Assembly (NCBI RefSeq): GCF_006345805.1
Contig: NC_043006.1
Coordinates: 91,946,001-92,010,000, forward strand
Reading direction: 5' to 3'
Origin: Octopus sinensis
Taxonomy: Eukaryota
DNA length: 64,000 nucleotides
In this document: positions 42,083 to 54,395 of the stretch, in pieces
Numbering within the stretch: the stretch's first letter is position 1
How the letters are laid out: every line of letters starts with the position of its first letter
Program-made: the position numbers and the translations under genes
Notes under the pieces: generated by a model
Databases searched by the model: none
What the model saw: the letters and a program-made list of their open reading frames with translations, nothing else
Told to the model about the DNA's origin: nothing

Positions 42083-42474
42083 TTCTACTTTAGGAACAAG
42101 GTCCGAAATTTTGGGGGAGGGATTCAGTCGATTATATCTACACCAGTATGCAACTTGCACTTAATTTATCAACTCCGAAAGGATGAAAAGCAAAGTCAAC
42201 CTCGGCGGAATTTGAACACAGAACGTAGCGGCAGATTAAATACCTATTTCTTTACTACCCACAAGGGGCTAAACACAGAGAGGACAAACAAGGACAGACA
42301 AACGCATTAAGTCGATTATATCGACCCCAGTGCGTAACTGGTATTTATTTAATCGACCCCGAAAGGATAAAAGGCAAAGTTGACCTCGGTGGAATTTGAA
42401 CTCAGAAAGTAGCGGCAGACGAAATGCCACATCATTTCGCCCAGTGCGCTGACGTTTCTGCCAGCTCACCACCT
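42083..42474 (-). mobile_element. Dimeric Nin-domain-type SINE
   Basis: Same two-unit structure and same linker (ATACCTATTTCTTTACTACCCACAAGGGGCTAAACACAGAG) as 10166-10550. Confidence 0.85.
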
Positions 42475-43353
42475 TAATAAACGCAAGTAATGACACTCGA
42501 AGACAACGCGCAACACTAATACGACAATCTATGTTTTCTAGCGGTTAAAGCATTGAAATATATTTACCGGATGTTAAGTCACTTTTTAATTGTAAAATTA
42601 TTTGTTAACTTATGTCGGATCAAATGATACATTCTAAAATCGAAGATATAAAATGAAATATCCATATGTTTAGGAAATTATTTTGGACATTGCAAACCAA
42701 CTTTCAATTTCACTCGGATTGTTCGAAATTTTCGACATTTCGTCAGTTGATGTTTCATCAGAATATGGAAGCAAAATTCTACTCACGGCCATTTTTTTGC
42801 CTTTATGCGTTTCCTTTTGAAAGACGATGAGAAACAATTCTGCATGAAATGTAAATAGGTTTTGTGGAACACAGAAACACTTTATAAAATATTTTTTTTT
42901 ATTTTTGTTATTCTTTTTATGATTCAATGATTGGAAAACGTTTCGTTCACTTCCTTGAGTGACTTTGCTTGATTGTATTTGCACCGGAATATATTTCAGT
43001 ATCTTCATTATTTTATTCTCATCTTTTTATCGGAAGTTAGAATCTACCTTTGTGGCAAAAGGAAGACGATCTGTCATACCACATCTATGCACAAATACAG
43101 CCGCATCCAGATACAGGCAAACACCTACGAAAATACAACTATATTCCACGCTTGTGACGATTTGCGAAGCAATGCTGATGTTACACACAAACACGCATAT
43201 GCATAATGCACAAACACACTAATACACACACACGCATACACTCACACACACACAAACACACACACACAAATAACATGCACACATATGGGGCAAAACGGGA
43301 CAGTGGACCGTTTTGATACAACACCATTTGGTCCATTTTGCCCCATTCAGGTT

Positions 43354-43452
43354 ACAACAAACAGATGTACATTATTTACATTATTTACATTTGACGGATA
43401 TTTGTCCTCATCTTGTTTGTTGTCAAATGTAAATAATGTAAACAATGTACAT
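43354..43452. repeat. Interlocked inverted repeats
   Basis: 43365-43395 pairs with 43422-43452, and 43354-43367 pairs with 43409-43423. Confidence 0.85.
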
Positions 43453-44126
43453 AATACCTCATCTCTTAAATATAGAACTGAAAAAATGTCTGCTCTGCAT
43501 CCAAAGCTGAGGAAAAATCAAGGCTGTTCCTGCTTAAACATTGACATTTGAAATGTTTCAAAACGTGATAGGCCATGCAAACCTAAGGTGTTGGTATTTA
43601 TTTCATTAACATAATATATTTGAAAGCAATACTTACATTGAAGACTTGAATTTCAGTATTTTTCTTCCAGTGTCGTGAAAACTGGCGCCAAAATAAAACT
43701 TTCGGGACGTGAGATCGAAGGGAAGTAACTTTGAATTACAAAGCGTTCGCGACGGTCTCAATTACAAAGCGTTCACGGCGGTTAAGTTCCATGGAGCTGG
43801 TCCGTTTTATCCCAGCGGTCCATCTTGTCCCGGTTTCCTCTATTGGTACTACTACCACTTTTTGCATCGACCACAAATGCTTAACCTCCCAAGCTAACCT
43901 GTCATATCTATCGGCTTTTCGTTCTTGTCTTATCGCATACTTCGTTGTCAGTTGGGCATACTATATCTATGATCCAGCATCGTTTGCTTTCTTTCTCAAT
44001 TAACACTATGTCTGGTTTCCTATTCTCTATCTCATGGTCACACTGAATCATAAAATATTTGCGTTATCATTTTCGATGATGCCTTCGGATTTATGTTCGT
44101 ACCACTTTTTTGCTCTGTCAAGTCCA

Positions 44127-44186
44127 TTATTATTATTATTGTTATTATTATCATTATTATTATTATTATTATTATTATCATTATTA

Positions 44187-44219
<33 letters not shown>

Positions 44220-44327
44220 GTGTTATTATAGTTATTATTATTATTATTATAATTATTAGTGTTATTATTGTTATTATTAGTGTTATTATAGTTATTATTA
44301 TTATTATTATAATTATTAGTGTTATTA

Positions 44328-44371
<44 letters not shown>

Positions 44372-44381
44372 GTTATTATTA
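44127..44381. repeat. (TTA)n array with a 60-bp higher-order duplication
   Basis: TAGTGTTATTATAGTT...TAGTGTTATTATTGTTATTAT occurs twice in tandem from ~44218. Confidence 0.9.
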
Positions 44382-45280
44382 TCATTCAGTAGTTTTATTT
44401 TTATAGCGTGCTTTCATTTCACTACCGAGCGCAGCTCTGTGTGCCTTGGGTATGTGCTGTGATTTGTTGTGATGCTCTGATGTGTGCAGTGCCTAGTAGT
44501 GCAATCTTCTGTAGTCCTGGTGTTTTTGTTATGTATTTGTCTGAATATTGTTTTATCATGCCTAATGAACCTACTATGATAGGAATTGCTTCTGACATAG
44601 AAAGACTATATATGCAACGTATAGAAGGTGGTAGAGGCCTTATACAGCTGGAAAACTACTATAAAATAACCAGCATAGGACTGCAAAAATATCTACTTCA
44701 GAAGGAAGAAAAAACTGATACAAATAGCGGCAAGACATGAGCAAAACAAAAAAACCGTTCTCAGTATTTAAGGAAGCTGACAAATAAAAACAAGAAATCA
44801 TACCACCTAATAAATATAAAGAAGAAGAAGAAGAAGATGAAAAAACAACAAAAGCTATAAAACACATGAAATCCAAACTAAAAATAGAACAGCAAAGAAC
44901 CATGATAAAACGATGGCAAAAAGAGCCCCTTCATTGTAAATACTGGACTAAACTAAATGCAAAAGAAATAGACAAAGAAAAATCCCAACAATGGTTGGAA
45001 AGCTCGGGGCTCAAAGCAAAGACAGAAGGATTCTTAACTGCAGCACAAGACCAAAACCTCCCAACCAGAAATTACCAAAAACATATAATGAAAAGAAATA
45101 TAACAAGTAACTGCTGAATATGTGGAGATGGACAAGAAACAATAAATCATATTATCTCTGGCTGCCCTGTCCCGGCTAAGAAGGAATATATTCACAGACA
45201 TGACAGAGTTGGAACCTACATACACTGGAAGCTATGCCAACATTATGGAATAACAACAGAAAAAAGATGGTATAGGCACA
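44382..45280 (-). mobile_element. RLE LINE family A copy with 5' inversion
   Basis: 44382-44588 matches 6266-6523 in the same orientation, and 44591-45280 matches 6764-7446 inverted; (TTA)n flanks both sides. Confidence 0.92.
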
Positions 45281-45298
45281 TTATTATCATCATCATCA

Positions 45299-45363
<65 letters not shown>

Positions 45364-46587
45364 TAAAACAGTTGGATTCGGCTCACTAGTAACTCCAGTT
45401 TCTTTTTTACGAAATTTTATTCAATACTGTTCAGGCTTTTAGTTCCATTCTGAGAAAAACATCTAAATGGTACCGAGAAGTGGGATCGAAATTGTAGCCA
45501 TATGTTTAACCGATCATTCTTCTGAACTGAATGTGTAAACCTGCACCTTATGTGCTTCTAACTTTCATAGCGTTGCACGGATACGGCTGCAATATTAACG
45601 TAATATATCATAAAGATCTATTTTCTTTTTGTACGGTTGATGACCTGACATTCAGTTAATTTCTGAGCATTGAAAGAATATGAATATCGCCTTTAATAAG
45701 ATTTTAGAGCATGTTGATTATTCATAATGGCCGAGTTAATAAATGTAGAAGTAATGTTATACTAGTATATCGTTCTTAAAGATTCTCATTGATATTTCTC
45801 TGCTTGATTAGAACGTTAGAACATAACTAATCAGCGGTGAAGCCGTTGAATTGTATCTGAGACACGAGAACATATGCTATATCAGATTTCAATTTAATAC
45901 TAATCCATCTTTAACAACGCTCTTCTACATTGCTTGTGCGTATTTTATCGAATTTCAAAATAATGGAAGGCTACATATGATTCTGTACGGTTTACACAGC
46001 GGACCATGAAATCCAAACACTGACCTAAGCAGACCCATTATATTGCAAACAATGCTAATACGTTAAATTCCTTTATAAGCAACTGAAGCACATACTTTTG
46101 TTTAAATGTGTTAGTCAGAGAACAATGGCGAGTGGCTATAGCTTTCGCAACACCTCACACACTCTTAGAATTAATTGCTGATTTTAATCCAGTTAATATT
46201 GAGTTTGAAGTGCTGATGGTAGAGCATTGAGAATGTTGTATAGAAGCAAAGATACAGAATCGTAAGTAAGACTAAATGTTTAATAACAATTGCGAAGATG
46301 AGATACATAGGAACGAAGTGAGATGAATACACGAGGCAAGTCAATAGATTTTCGATGAAATATTCATGATTTCGAAAGTATTTGGAGTTGAGGCGTAAAT
46401 AGCTTTTGGTCTAAGAAATCGCTTCAATTCAAACTTTGTATAAAAATTTAATTTAATTACAAGGATAGAACTTCCAATGCACCAAAATATGTGTTAATGT
46501 TTTTCTATTTACTTGTGTTATATATATATATTATGTTTATGTTTATGTTTTCCAGTTTCAGCTCTTGAGCTGTGGCCATGCTGGGGC

Positions 46588-47151
46588 GGGTTGTCCGAAA
46601 AGTTCGTGCCGATTTTTAAAGAAAAGAAAAAGGTCAATAAATACTTGCCATTAATTTTTAATCAAGCAAATATGAACCATTTTGTTGCATAATGCGTCTC
46701 CATCTTTCCTTTAACTTGAAAATACCCTCTTCCCAGAATTGAGGTGGTTTCATGGCAAACAATTCATCATGGTGTCTTTATACGTCATCCAAGGAATTGA
46801 AATCTTTACCTTGAAGACTATTCTGCAGAGATCTGAATAAGTGGAAATCCGAAGGAGCAATATCTAGTGAATAAGGAGGGTGGGGTAACACATCCCAGCC
46901 GAGCTGCACCAATTTTTGCCTGGTTCCTAAAAGCATCAAGTGCCGAAAATGAAATTTCGTGTCTTCCATTTTACAGAGTTATAGAATTAACACAGGTTAT
47001 AGGAACGTAAACCTTCATCCACGAAAAGATAGCTTAAACTGTGCTCTAAATGGAGGTGTAGTCAAATCTTATTTTATGGACTCAAACATGTTCTAAAATA
47101 AGTCGAAAGGTAAGCTAATATAAATTGGCACGAACTTTCCGGACAACCCAA
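46588..47151 (-). mobile_element. Internally deleted mariner (Tc1/mariner) element
   Basis: TIRs GGGTTGTCCGAAAAGTTCGTGCCGATTT (46588-46615) and AAATTGGCACGAACTTTCCGGACAACCCAA|TA (47122-47151). The transposase remnant reads LGWDVLPHPPYSLDIAPSDFHLFRSL (YSPDLAPSD motif) ...GIFKLKERW..NGSY. Confidence 0.93.
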
Positions 47152-47279
47152 TATATATATATATATTCTTGTTGCTTATTTTGATTATAATCACCCCATG
47201 GATTTATATGGATAACACCAAACAGAATTCTGGTGCATCTAACTTAAGTACCATATTCATTTGAATCTAAATTTTGCTG

Positions 47280-47340
<61 letters not shown>

Positions 47341-47342
<2 letters not shown>

Positions 47343-48610
47343 CTCAAAATAAGCAACAAGAATATCTTCGGTAATTTGGTACGATCGTTTCGCGCTACAT
47401 CATTTCATTAAACATTGTAAGTATTACAACAGTTTTAAAATGTTGAGCAATCATCAGCCATTTATAGAGGTTTTCCATTAATACATATACATGTTTTCAT
47501 ATTAATTGATAACATTAAAAAGAGGTTAGATATATAAACAGAGATGTCGATTTGAATTTTAAGAACATTAAGGTAATAGAATTTATCTTCGGACTGAAGA
47601 ATATTCTTTAAGTTATTTTGAACTGCAAGAAGGTCGGGAAGGATATTCATTTGAATGGAGACAAAAGAGATTTTCTATTTATAGAAATAGGGGTGAAATA
47701 AATGTCAGAAGTCATTCCTAAAGAAATTAAAGTAGAAAATGGATTATAATGCCTTAGTTGCTGTTTACTTCTATTTGGCAAATAGATTTTGTATCAAGAA
47801 AACTAGGTCATATGCTAAAAAGTTATAGAGAATACAGAGATTCCTTTACAATTATATACATCAGATTTATATTTAGCTAGTAGGTGTTGATTATTTTGCT
47901 ACGTTGGATTAAAAGATAATTATAAATCTAATATTTATTAATTTTGGAGAAAAAATGTATCATTTATTATGAGTAGGCATAATACTCAATAATTGTGGAC
48001 AAAAGTCTTATTAATTAAGTGAATATATTAGGGGTCAAATATATATATATTAGAAAAAATGGAAGAGGAGTAATCAAGATGAGTAATTTTCTTAGGTTTA
48101 GTAGAAGGTGATTCATTCTTAGGAAGAGAAGTAATCAAGAAGAGTAAATTTCTCAGATTTAGTAGATGGTGAATTGTTATTAATGAATTAAATTAAAGAA
48201 TCTGTTAGACATAATATTTACTACTCGCGGAGAAAAGCTAATTAGTTAGGTAAAGATATCCGGGGTTAATGATATATTAAGAAATAGAAGTGAGGTAATC
48301 AAGATGAACTGAGTATTTTCCTTAGGGACATAGAATTTTTACTATTTAATATAGGAGATTATCAGAAAAAAAAGAGAATTTAATTCTGAATATGCAATGA
48401 AGTTATTTAGTAATCTGTGCATGTTAAATAAAAGCTAGAACGGTATACTCATTCTTATTTAGTTATAAAGAAGTAGAATTTGAAAAATTTAGGAATGGTC
48501 ACAATATTATTATTTAAAATATTTAAACGTACGGGTTGTGCGATGTATGCAAGATATCCTAGTTCACAACGGTTATTTAACAGATTTGTATTATTCCTAT
48601 GTTTTAAAAT
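47341..48610 (-). mobile_element. Decayed Penelope-like 3' region
   Basis: Minus ~48600-48530 reads NLLNNRCEL/ISCIHR, like LNQRSELMNLCRH at ~15150. A hammerhead lies ~1.1 kb downstream, and 47164-47184 is a short inverted copy of the terminus. Confidence 0.65.
47373..47463 (-). ncRNA. Minimal type I hammerhead ribozyme
   Basis: Minus: AAATGG-CTGATGA-TTGCT...long hairpin...AGCGC-GAAAC-GATC-GTA-CCAAATT; stem III is the palindrome ACGATCGT. Confidence 0.8.
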
Positions 48611-48848
48611 TTTAAAACATATATACATATATATATATATATGAAAAAATGAGTAGCGATGCCTTTTTTGGGATAATTTTTATTTTAATAAAATGTTTCG
48701 AAAGAATGACATTGATATGAGTTTCGAGCTTCAAATGGCTGAAAAATGTATGTTTTACTGGTTGCAAAAAGTTTTTCTTAGAAGTACACCAAAAAATATA
48801 TACACGAAAAAAGGAAAATATATATAAAAATACCAAAAAATGTGTATC

Positions 48849-48887
48849 GAAGAAGAAGAAGAAGAAGAAGAAGAAGAAGAAGAAGAA

Positions 48888-48930
<43 letters not shown>
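48849..48930. repeat. (GAA)n microsatellite
   Basis: Directly visible. Confidence 0.97.
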
Positions 48931-49218
48931 GGGATAATATATAGTAAATAAGTAAATGAAATAATACTAAAACCAAAAGTAAAGATAGAGATAAAAATGA
49001 AGATAAGAGTAATTTTAGTCAGCAATTGAGAATGGAGGGAGGGAAGGAGAGTTACGTCCATCAAGAAGGAAGAAATGGAATAGATTGGAGTGATCAATAT
49101 TGTGAATTGTCAGAAGATAACTGGTGGGGTGTCTTCTGATTTGAAGTCACGTATTCAGTCCTCACACAAGGTATGGTGTGTATATATATACACACATACA
49201 CACACATATATACATCTA

Positions 49219-50002
49219 TGTTCGTCTCTTTATATATATATTTTCATTCCTATATTATTGCGGTGTACGTACACCACCTTCCCTTATGTATGTTACATTT
49301 TACCCTTGTACGACTTCTAAATACTTTCTCTATACCTCACTTCTGTCTTTCTCTTTCGCTCTCCCCTATGCGCCATTGCTTCTTTGCTAAGCTATTTTGG
49401 CGCCCTCTGTCTCTTCCCCCCTCTCCCTTCCATCCTCTTTAATTCCTTCTTTCTCTCTCTCTCTTATTCTCTGGTCATTGCTTCTGTCCCCTGTCTTCCA
49501 CCCTCTTTACTTCCTTCTCTCTCTGTCTCTCTTTCTCTCTCTCTACCCTCTCTTTCTTTCTCTCTACCCTCTCTTTCTTTCTCTCTACCCTCTTGCGACC
49601 TGCTGCTTAACAAGCCATTCCGTTGGTGATCGCGGCCCGCTCAACACCGTTTCCCCTCTGCCGAAAAGGCAATTGTTTCCACGCCTGCTAGATAAGTTAT
49701 TTTTGTCTCAGTTTGTCTAAAGTCGTAAGACACCTGCTGTTAACCATTCTTGTTATTTTTTTTTTTCGTTTTTTTTTGTATTTATATTCGTCTATGTTGC
49801 GTTTACATTCGTTCCTTTTACCAAGAAATCTAATACTCACAGCTTAGTTTTTCCTTGGGGCTGGCCCTGTTGGAGCAAATATCAGAATTAATCAGCCGAA
49901 ATTTGCTATAATGATCCGGTTTCTGACTGAAGATTAAATGCTTCGAATGACCTGTCTGTTTTCTGTGTTCGTCTCTTTATATATATATTTTCATTCCTAT
50001 AT
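49219..50002 (+). mobile_element. ORF-less ~750 bp element with a 37-bp terminal direct repeat
   Basis: TGTTCGTCTCTTTATATATATATTTTCATTCCTATAT at 49219-49255 and 49966-50002; CT-rich interior; degenerate CTGAAGA..GAAT..GTC at 49927-49956. Confidence 0.55.
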
Positions 50003-50010
50003 ATATATAT

Positions 50011-51713
50011 AGTAGCATTATGACCCGTCGTTGCCGGGTCATTGTGCTAGTGCATGTATATATGTATATATATATGTGTACATATTACATGTACATCTAT
50101 ATATATACATCTACACATAAAATACAAAATACAAACTTATATCTTGATATTGCTAGTGATAACAATACTCAAAATATATAACAGACTGGAATTGTTATCC
50201 CGCCTCTTGTAATTTCGATCAATTGTATCTTGTCCTCCCTCTTGTATAGAAGTGTGGCTACAATCCAGCCTACCTCTACTTTTGAGGGGACATTTAAAAT
50301 TTTTATCCGGGACGTCATACGTCCCAGATATAAAGGTACAGATAAAATATTTCCACTTTGCAAGGTTCGAGTCGAGTACTCCTTTGCACGCTCTGTTGAC
50401 TCGAACCTTGCTTTCATTGTGGCGAATTTACTGCCTCTGGTTAGATACTTGATATCTTTCATAGTCGCACCAAGACACTTTTCGATGGTGCTTTCCTCCA
50501 CGTGTTCAAATCTTTTTTTTTCTCTACATTGTATACTTTATAGACAATAGTCTTTTCTTTAATTTAATTTTTTATTTCGTTTGGTGGTGTTATCCTAGAT
50601 TCACCGTCTTTGTCGGTGATCAATCCGAAATAGGTTTGTATTTCTTCCATTTTATTTTCAATGAATTCGCGCCCGCTGACGGCTGCAGCGATATTCATTT
50701 TTGGACTTTTTTCTATCGAAGACATTTTAACATAAATGCTTCCGTGTAAACGGTGAAAATATTGTCAATTTCCCCAAACAGGAACACAATTCAATGTTTA
50801 AACAGTAGCCAAAGCTCCTTCTCCCAAAAGGGGAGGGTTACGGTTTACAATTATTTAACAAATGCAACACAACAACGCTTCCCTTACGAGGAACTAACAA
50901 ACGTGATAACAATAGTTAAACAGAAATAATAATAACAACAAAACTTACGGTAAACCAAACTGCAGTACTCCGTTGAAGCTATAGCCATTTATAGACCAGA
51001 AATAAGCCAACAGCGGTACTCAGTAGAATCATCTTTCGAGAAAACAGACATTACATACAGCCAAACTTCACATAGATACTTAATGCTAGCTAATTAGCAA
51101 ATAATATAAAGCCGCGCACACCTCCATCTCGACTATTCCATTTCTGCACTTAAATTTTATTTTTTATTTATTCCCATTCATGTAAAACCACTTATTCAAG
51201 TTCAAATCATTGATGCAATTTTATACCAATTGCTAATTTTACTTTTGTCAAGTTACTTTAGTTTGATTTTAATTTAATACTTACTACATATAATTCAATT
51301 ATTATTATTATTTTTATTGTTAAAGTGAAAGTATCTGACATAAAATAGAGAAACGTTTTGTTTCACTTTTAGCACGTAAATAGTGGAGAAGATATGATAT
51401 TGCTATGGGCTCGCTCTAGGCAAGAAGTTGAACATTTTGTTTTGCCCATGAAACTACATGGACCCATGTGTAAACTTTGAATGAAATTGGCTGTGTAGTT
51501 CTCAAGTTTTAGGGAATCGTAGTGGAGAAGATATGATATTGCTGTGGGCTTGCCCTAGGCAAAAAGTTAAAATTTTTTTATGCCGATGACACTCCCCAGA
51601 CCCTAAATAAGGCATGTGTAAAATTTGAATGAAATTGGTTGTGTAGTTCTCAAGTTTTAGGGAAACACACAGACAGACAGACAGACAGACACACATTCTC
51701 AGTTTTATATATA
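50011..51713 (-). mobile_element. Non-autonomous Helitron with ~140 bp subterminal tandem repeat and internal foreign sequence
   Basis: 3' hairpin GACCCG..CGGGTC sits next to a CTAG-like end at 50011-50040. The 5' end reads TATATAAAACTGAGAATGTGTG(TCTG)n. There is a duplication at ~51380-51520 / 51521-51665. Confidence 0.7.
50169..50725 (-). pseudogene. Probable LINE ORF1 (gag/RRM-like) N-terminal fragment
   Basis: Complex, non-repetitive 110-aa ORF (IKYLTRGSKFATMKARFE..PLYLGRMTSRIKILNVP) with a frameshifted upstream part starting at ATG 50725. The resemblance to L1/Tx1-type ORF1 is from recall only. Confidence 0.5.
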
Positions 51714-51748
51714 CGAGGGGCGTTCAATAAGTAATGCCTCTGACCCAC
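51712..51748 (+). mobile_element. Solo mariner-type TIR fragment
   Basis: TA|CGAGGGGCGTTCAATAAGTAATGC at the TA-rich Helitron 5' end; a related TIR lies on the minus strand at ~56256-56291. Confidence 0.5.
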
Positions 51749-52697
51749 TCGTATAAAGATATCATTGCGTGAGTATCTTTGTGACTGTTTGTCTCTCTGT
51801 ACTGCTACTCATCTAGTGTTGGTTTGATTAGTCCCCCGTAAGGTAGCAGTTTTAAGTAATACTGTACTTAAAAACATAAGCACTGGAGTGTGTTTGAGCT
51901 ACTAAATCCCCTGTGGTTGTGCCCAATCATGGTGCCATAGTCCTGTGATTGAAACAAATAAACAAAATGTAGATGATTCTAGTATCGTGTGTTTGATCCC
52001 TGCTCGTGGCGGAGTGCTATGTCCTTGGGCAAATTACTTGCCCCTGTCTCTTCATCTGCAAATAAGTAGCAGCCAAGTGCTGATGTTATCCGCTCTCCCT
52101 CTAGCTAACAATTTGCCATTGTGCTGTTGTGCCAAATAATGAGAGAATGACACTTTGTCTATTCTAACAACTCTATAATCACCTAAAACCACTATTTAAC
52201 TCGCTTGCCAGTGGCGTCTGTGGATGTTTATGATCATGCGTGTTTACAATTACTTATGAGCGATATTTTGTTTGAACAGCAATAAGAAGGATATTTTTAA
52301 GGATAACTAGCGTAAGAGACAGGTAGTTAAGTCCTGATGTTTACAATGCACATTGGATATTTCGAAATGTAAACCTCTCACATAATAAAATGAACTCACC
52401 GACTGCTATGATGTCTAAGTATACTTGCTATGTGTGTTACAGTCAGTATTAGATTTCTGTACTAAATCTTATTTTAAATAACTACAGTATGTAGATTAAC
52501 TATCTTGTATCATATAAATGAAAGAACACACCATCGTCTTCGTATAGCCCATCGCTAAATGTCTATGGCTAATATCGGCTTTCCGTTGTCTGTTGAATAA
52601 TGGAAATCATATTTGCACAGCAAGAAATCTCTATTACATACAAGCGCACATTCACACATCGGAACGCATATATATATATAATGTATCTCTCTATTAC

Positions 52698-53065
52698 ATT
52701 TTTACTTGTTTCAGCCATTTGACTGTGGTCATGCTGGAGAACTGCCTTTCAGGACTTATTCTGTGTAAGCCTAGTATTTATTCTATCGGTCTCTTTTGCC
52801 GAACCGCTAGATAACAGCGACATAAACACACCAGTATCGGTTGTCAAACGATGTTGGGTGACAAATGTAGACACACAAACATACACACACACGTACATAT
52901 ATATATCTACATATATACGACAGGCTTCTTTCAGTTTTCGTCTACCAAATCCACTGACAAGGCTTTGGTCGGCCCGAGGCTATAGTAAAAAACACTTGCC
53001 CAGGGTGCCACGCAGGGGTCTGAACCCGGAACCATGTGGTTGATAAGCAAGCTACTTACCACACA
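52698..53065 (-). mobile_element. Near full-length SINE family S1
   Basis: Reverse complement of head, microsatellite and tail as in 21955-22405. Confidence 0.88.
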
Positions 53066-54395
53066 ATGATTCCTACGTCTACGTTTGTGTTTGTGTGTGT
53101 TTGTGTATGTGTATAGAAATAAACATGCGTGTATGCATGTTGCTTTTGCTCTTTTCTCGCCGAAATGCATGCGTTTTTAACGTTCCTGTTATACAGCAAA
53201 TTATTATAAAACATATTCACATAACGCCTGGTTCAAAGACATATCTAAAACTTGTATAAACAAGGCATCGTCGCGTAAACTTGAATGCGTACTCACCACG
53301 TGGGGCATTTATGTACAGATGTTGTAACGATAACGTCTTGGTCAGAAACACTATTATTGACACAGATAACAAGTAACTCCAACTAGAAATCGATTCAATG
53401 TCCGTCACTGAAAGGCATTCCTCACAGTTTATTAGCAACTGCTCTCTCATCACATGCAAAGAGTCGGAGTTAGAACATTAACGAAAAAATCTTGCCGAAA
53501 TTACTATCCTTCAAACTCAAATATCCAACTAGGAATTTGTAACGTACCAAGTAATTACATAGTGTAACATTATAACAGTATATATTAATTTCTGTTACTT
53601 TATACCCACTCCAATTATAATCTGCATTCAATAAATAGCTAATAGTTATTTGCTGTTTATTGAGTGCAGATGTCTACATTTATCCTTTGTTATTATTCTC
53701 CCTTACGGACATATCTAATTAATCATGGGAACCGACGCTTCTAATCAGGCGTGTGTAAACAGAGTTTGCAAGTATCCATTACAACTACTTTAGGAATATT
53801 TGCTTCTTATGTACCATGAGTCATTTCAAGATACTTCACTTTTTAATCAGGCAAAGTTTCGGCAGAATCACTCCAGCTACAAATACAACACTTCGCCGTA
53901 TTGTCTACACTTTCAGTTCAAATCACTTCAAGTTAGATTTGCATGCACACACACACCCATATATATATTTAAAATTTGAGAGACTAATTGTTTCAGAACG
54001 GTAATTTCATTCTCAATTCGAATGGCCAGTTTGGCTAATACAAATGGCTCTTACAATATTAAAAACATTGCATATATACATGTAGAAAAGTTCAGAAATA
54101 ACTTCAAAACAAAATTAAATCATAACAATTAAAATAATCATTACAACAATTATAGTACGCAATAAATAAATAAAGACAGAGGAAGTGATCAAACGAGATA
54201 TTAGATATTAAGTGAAAATAAACAGATGTTCAGAATTCCGCTTTGTCATCATATGCCAAGTGTTGTATATGTAAACACACACACACAGTTATGTTTAATA
54301 TATCGATAAATAATACATAAATAATGAAATATAAAGAAAATTATGTCGTATTAAATCAGTTAAAATGGATGATCATAAATATACACACGTATACA

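Noticed and set aside
48060-48325. ~63-bp tandem duplication with a partial third unit
   Set aside because: An ordinary local duplication inside a decayed PLE; no spacer structure, so not CRISPR-like.
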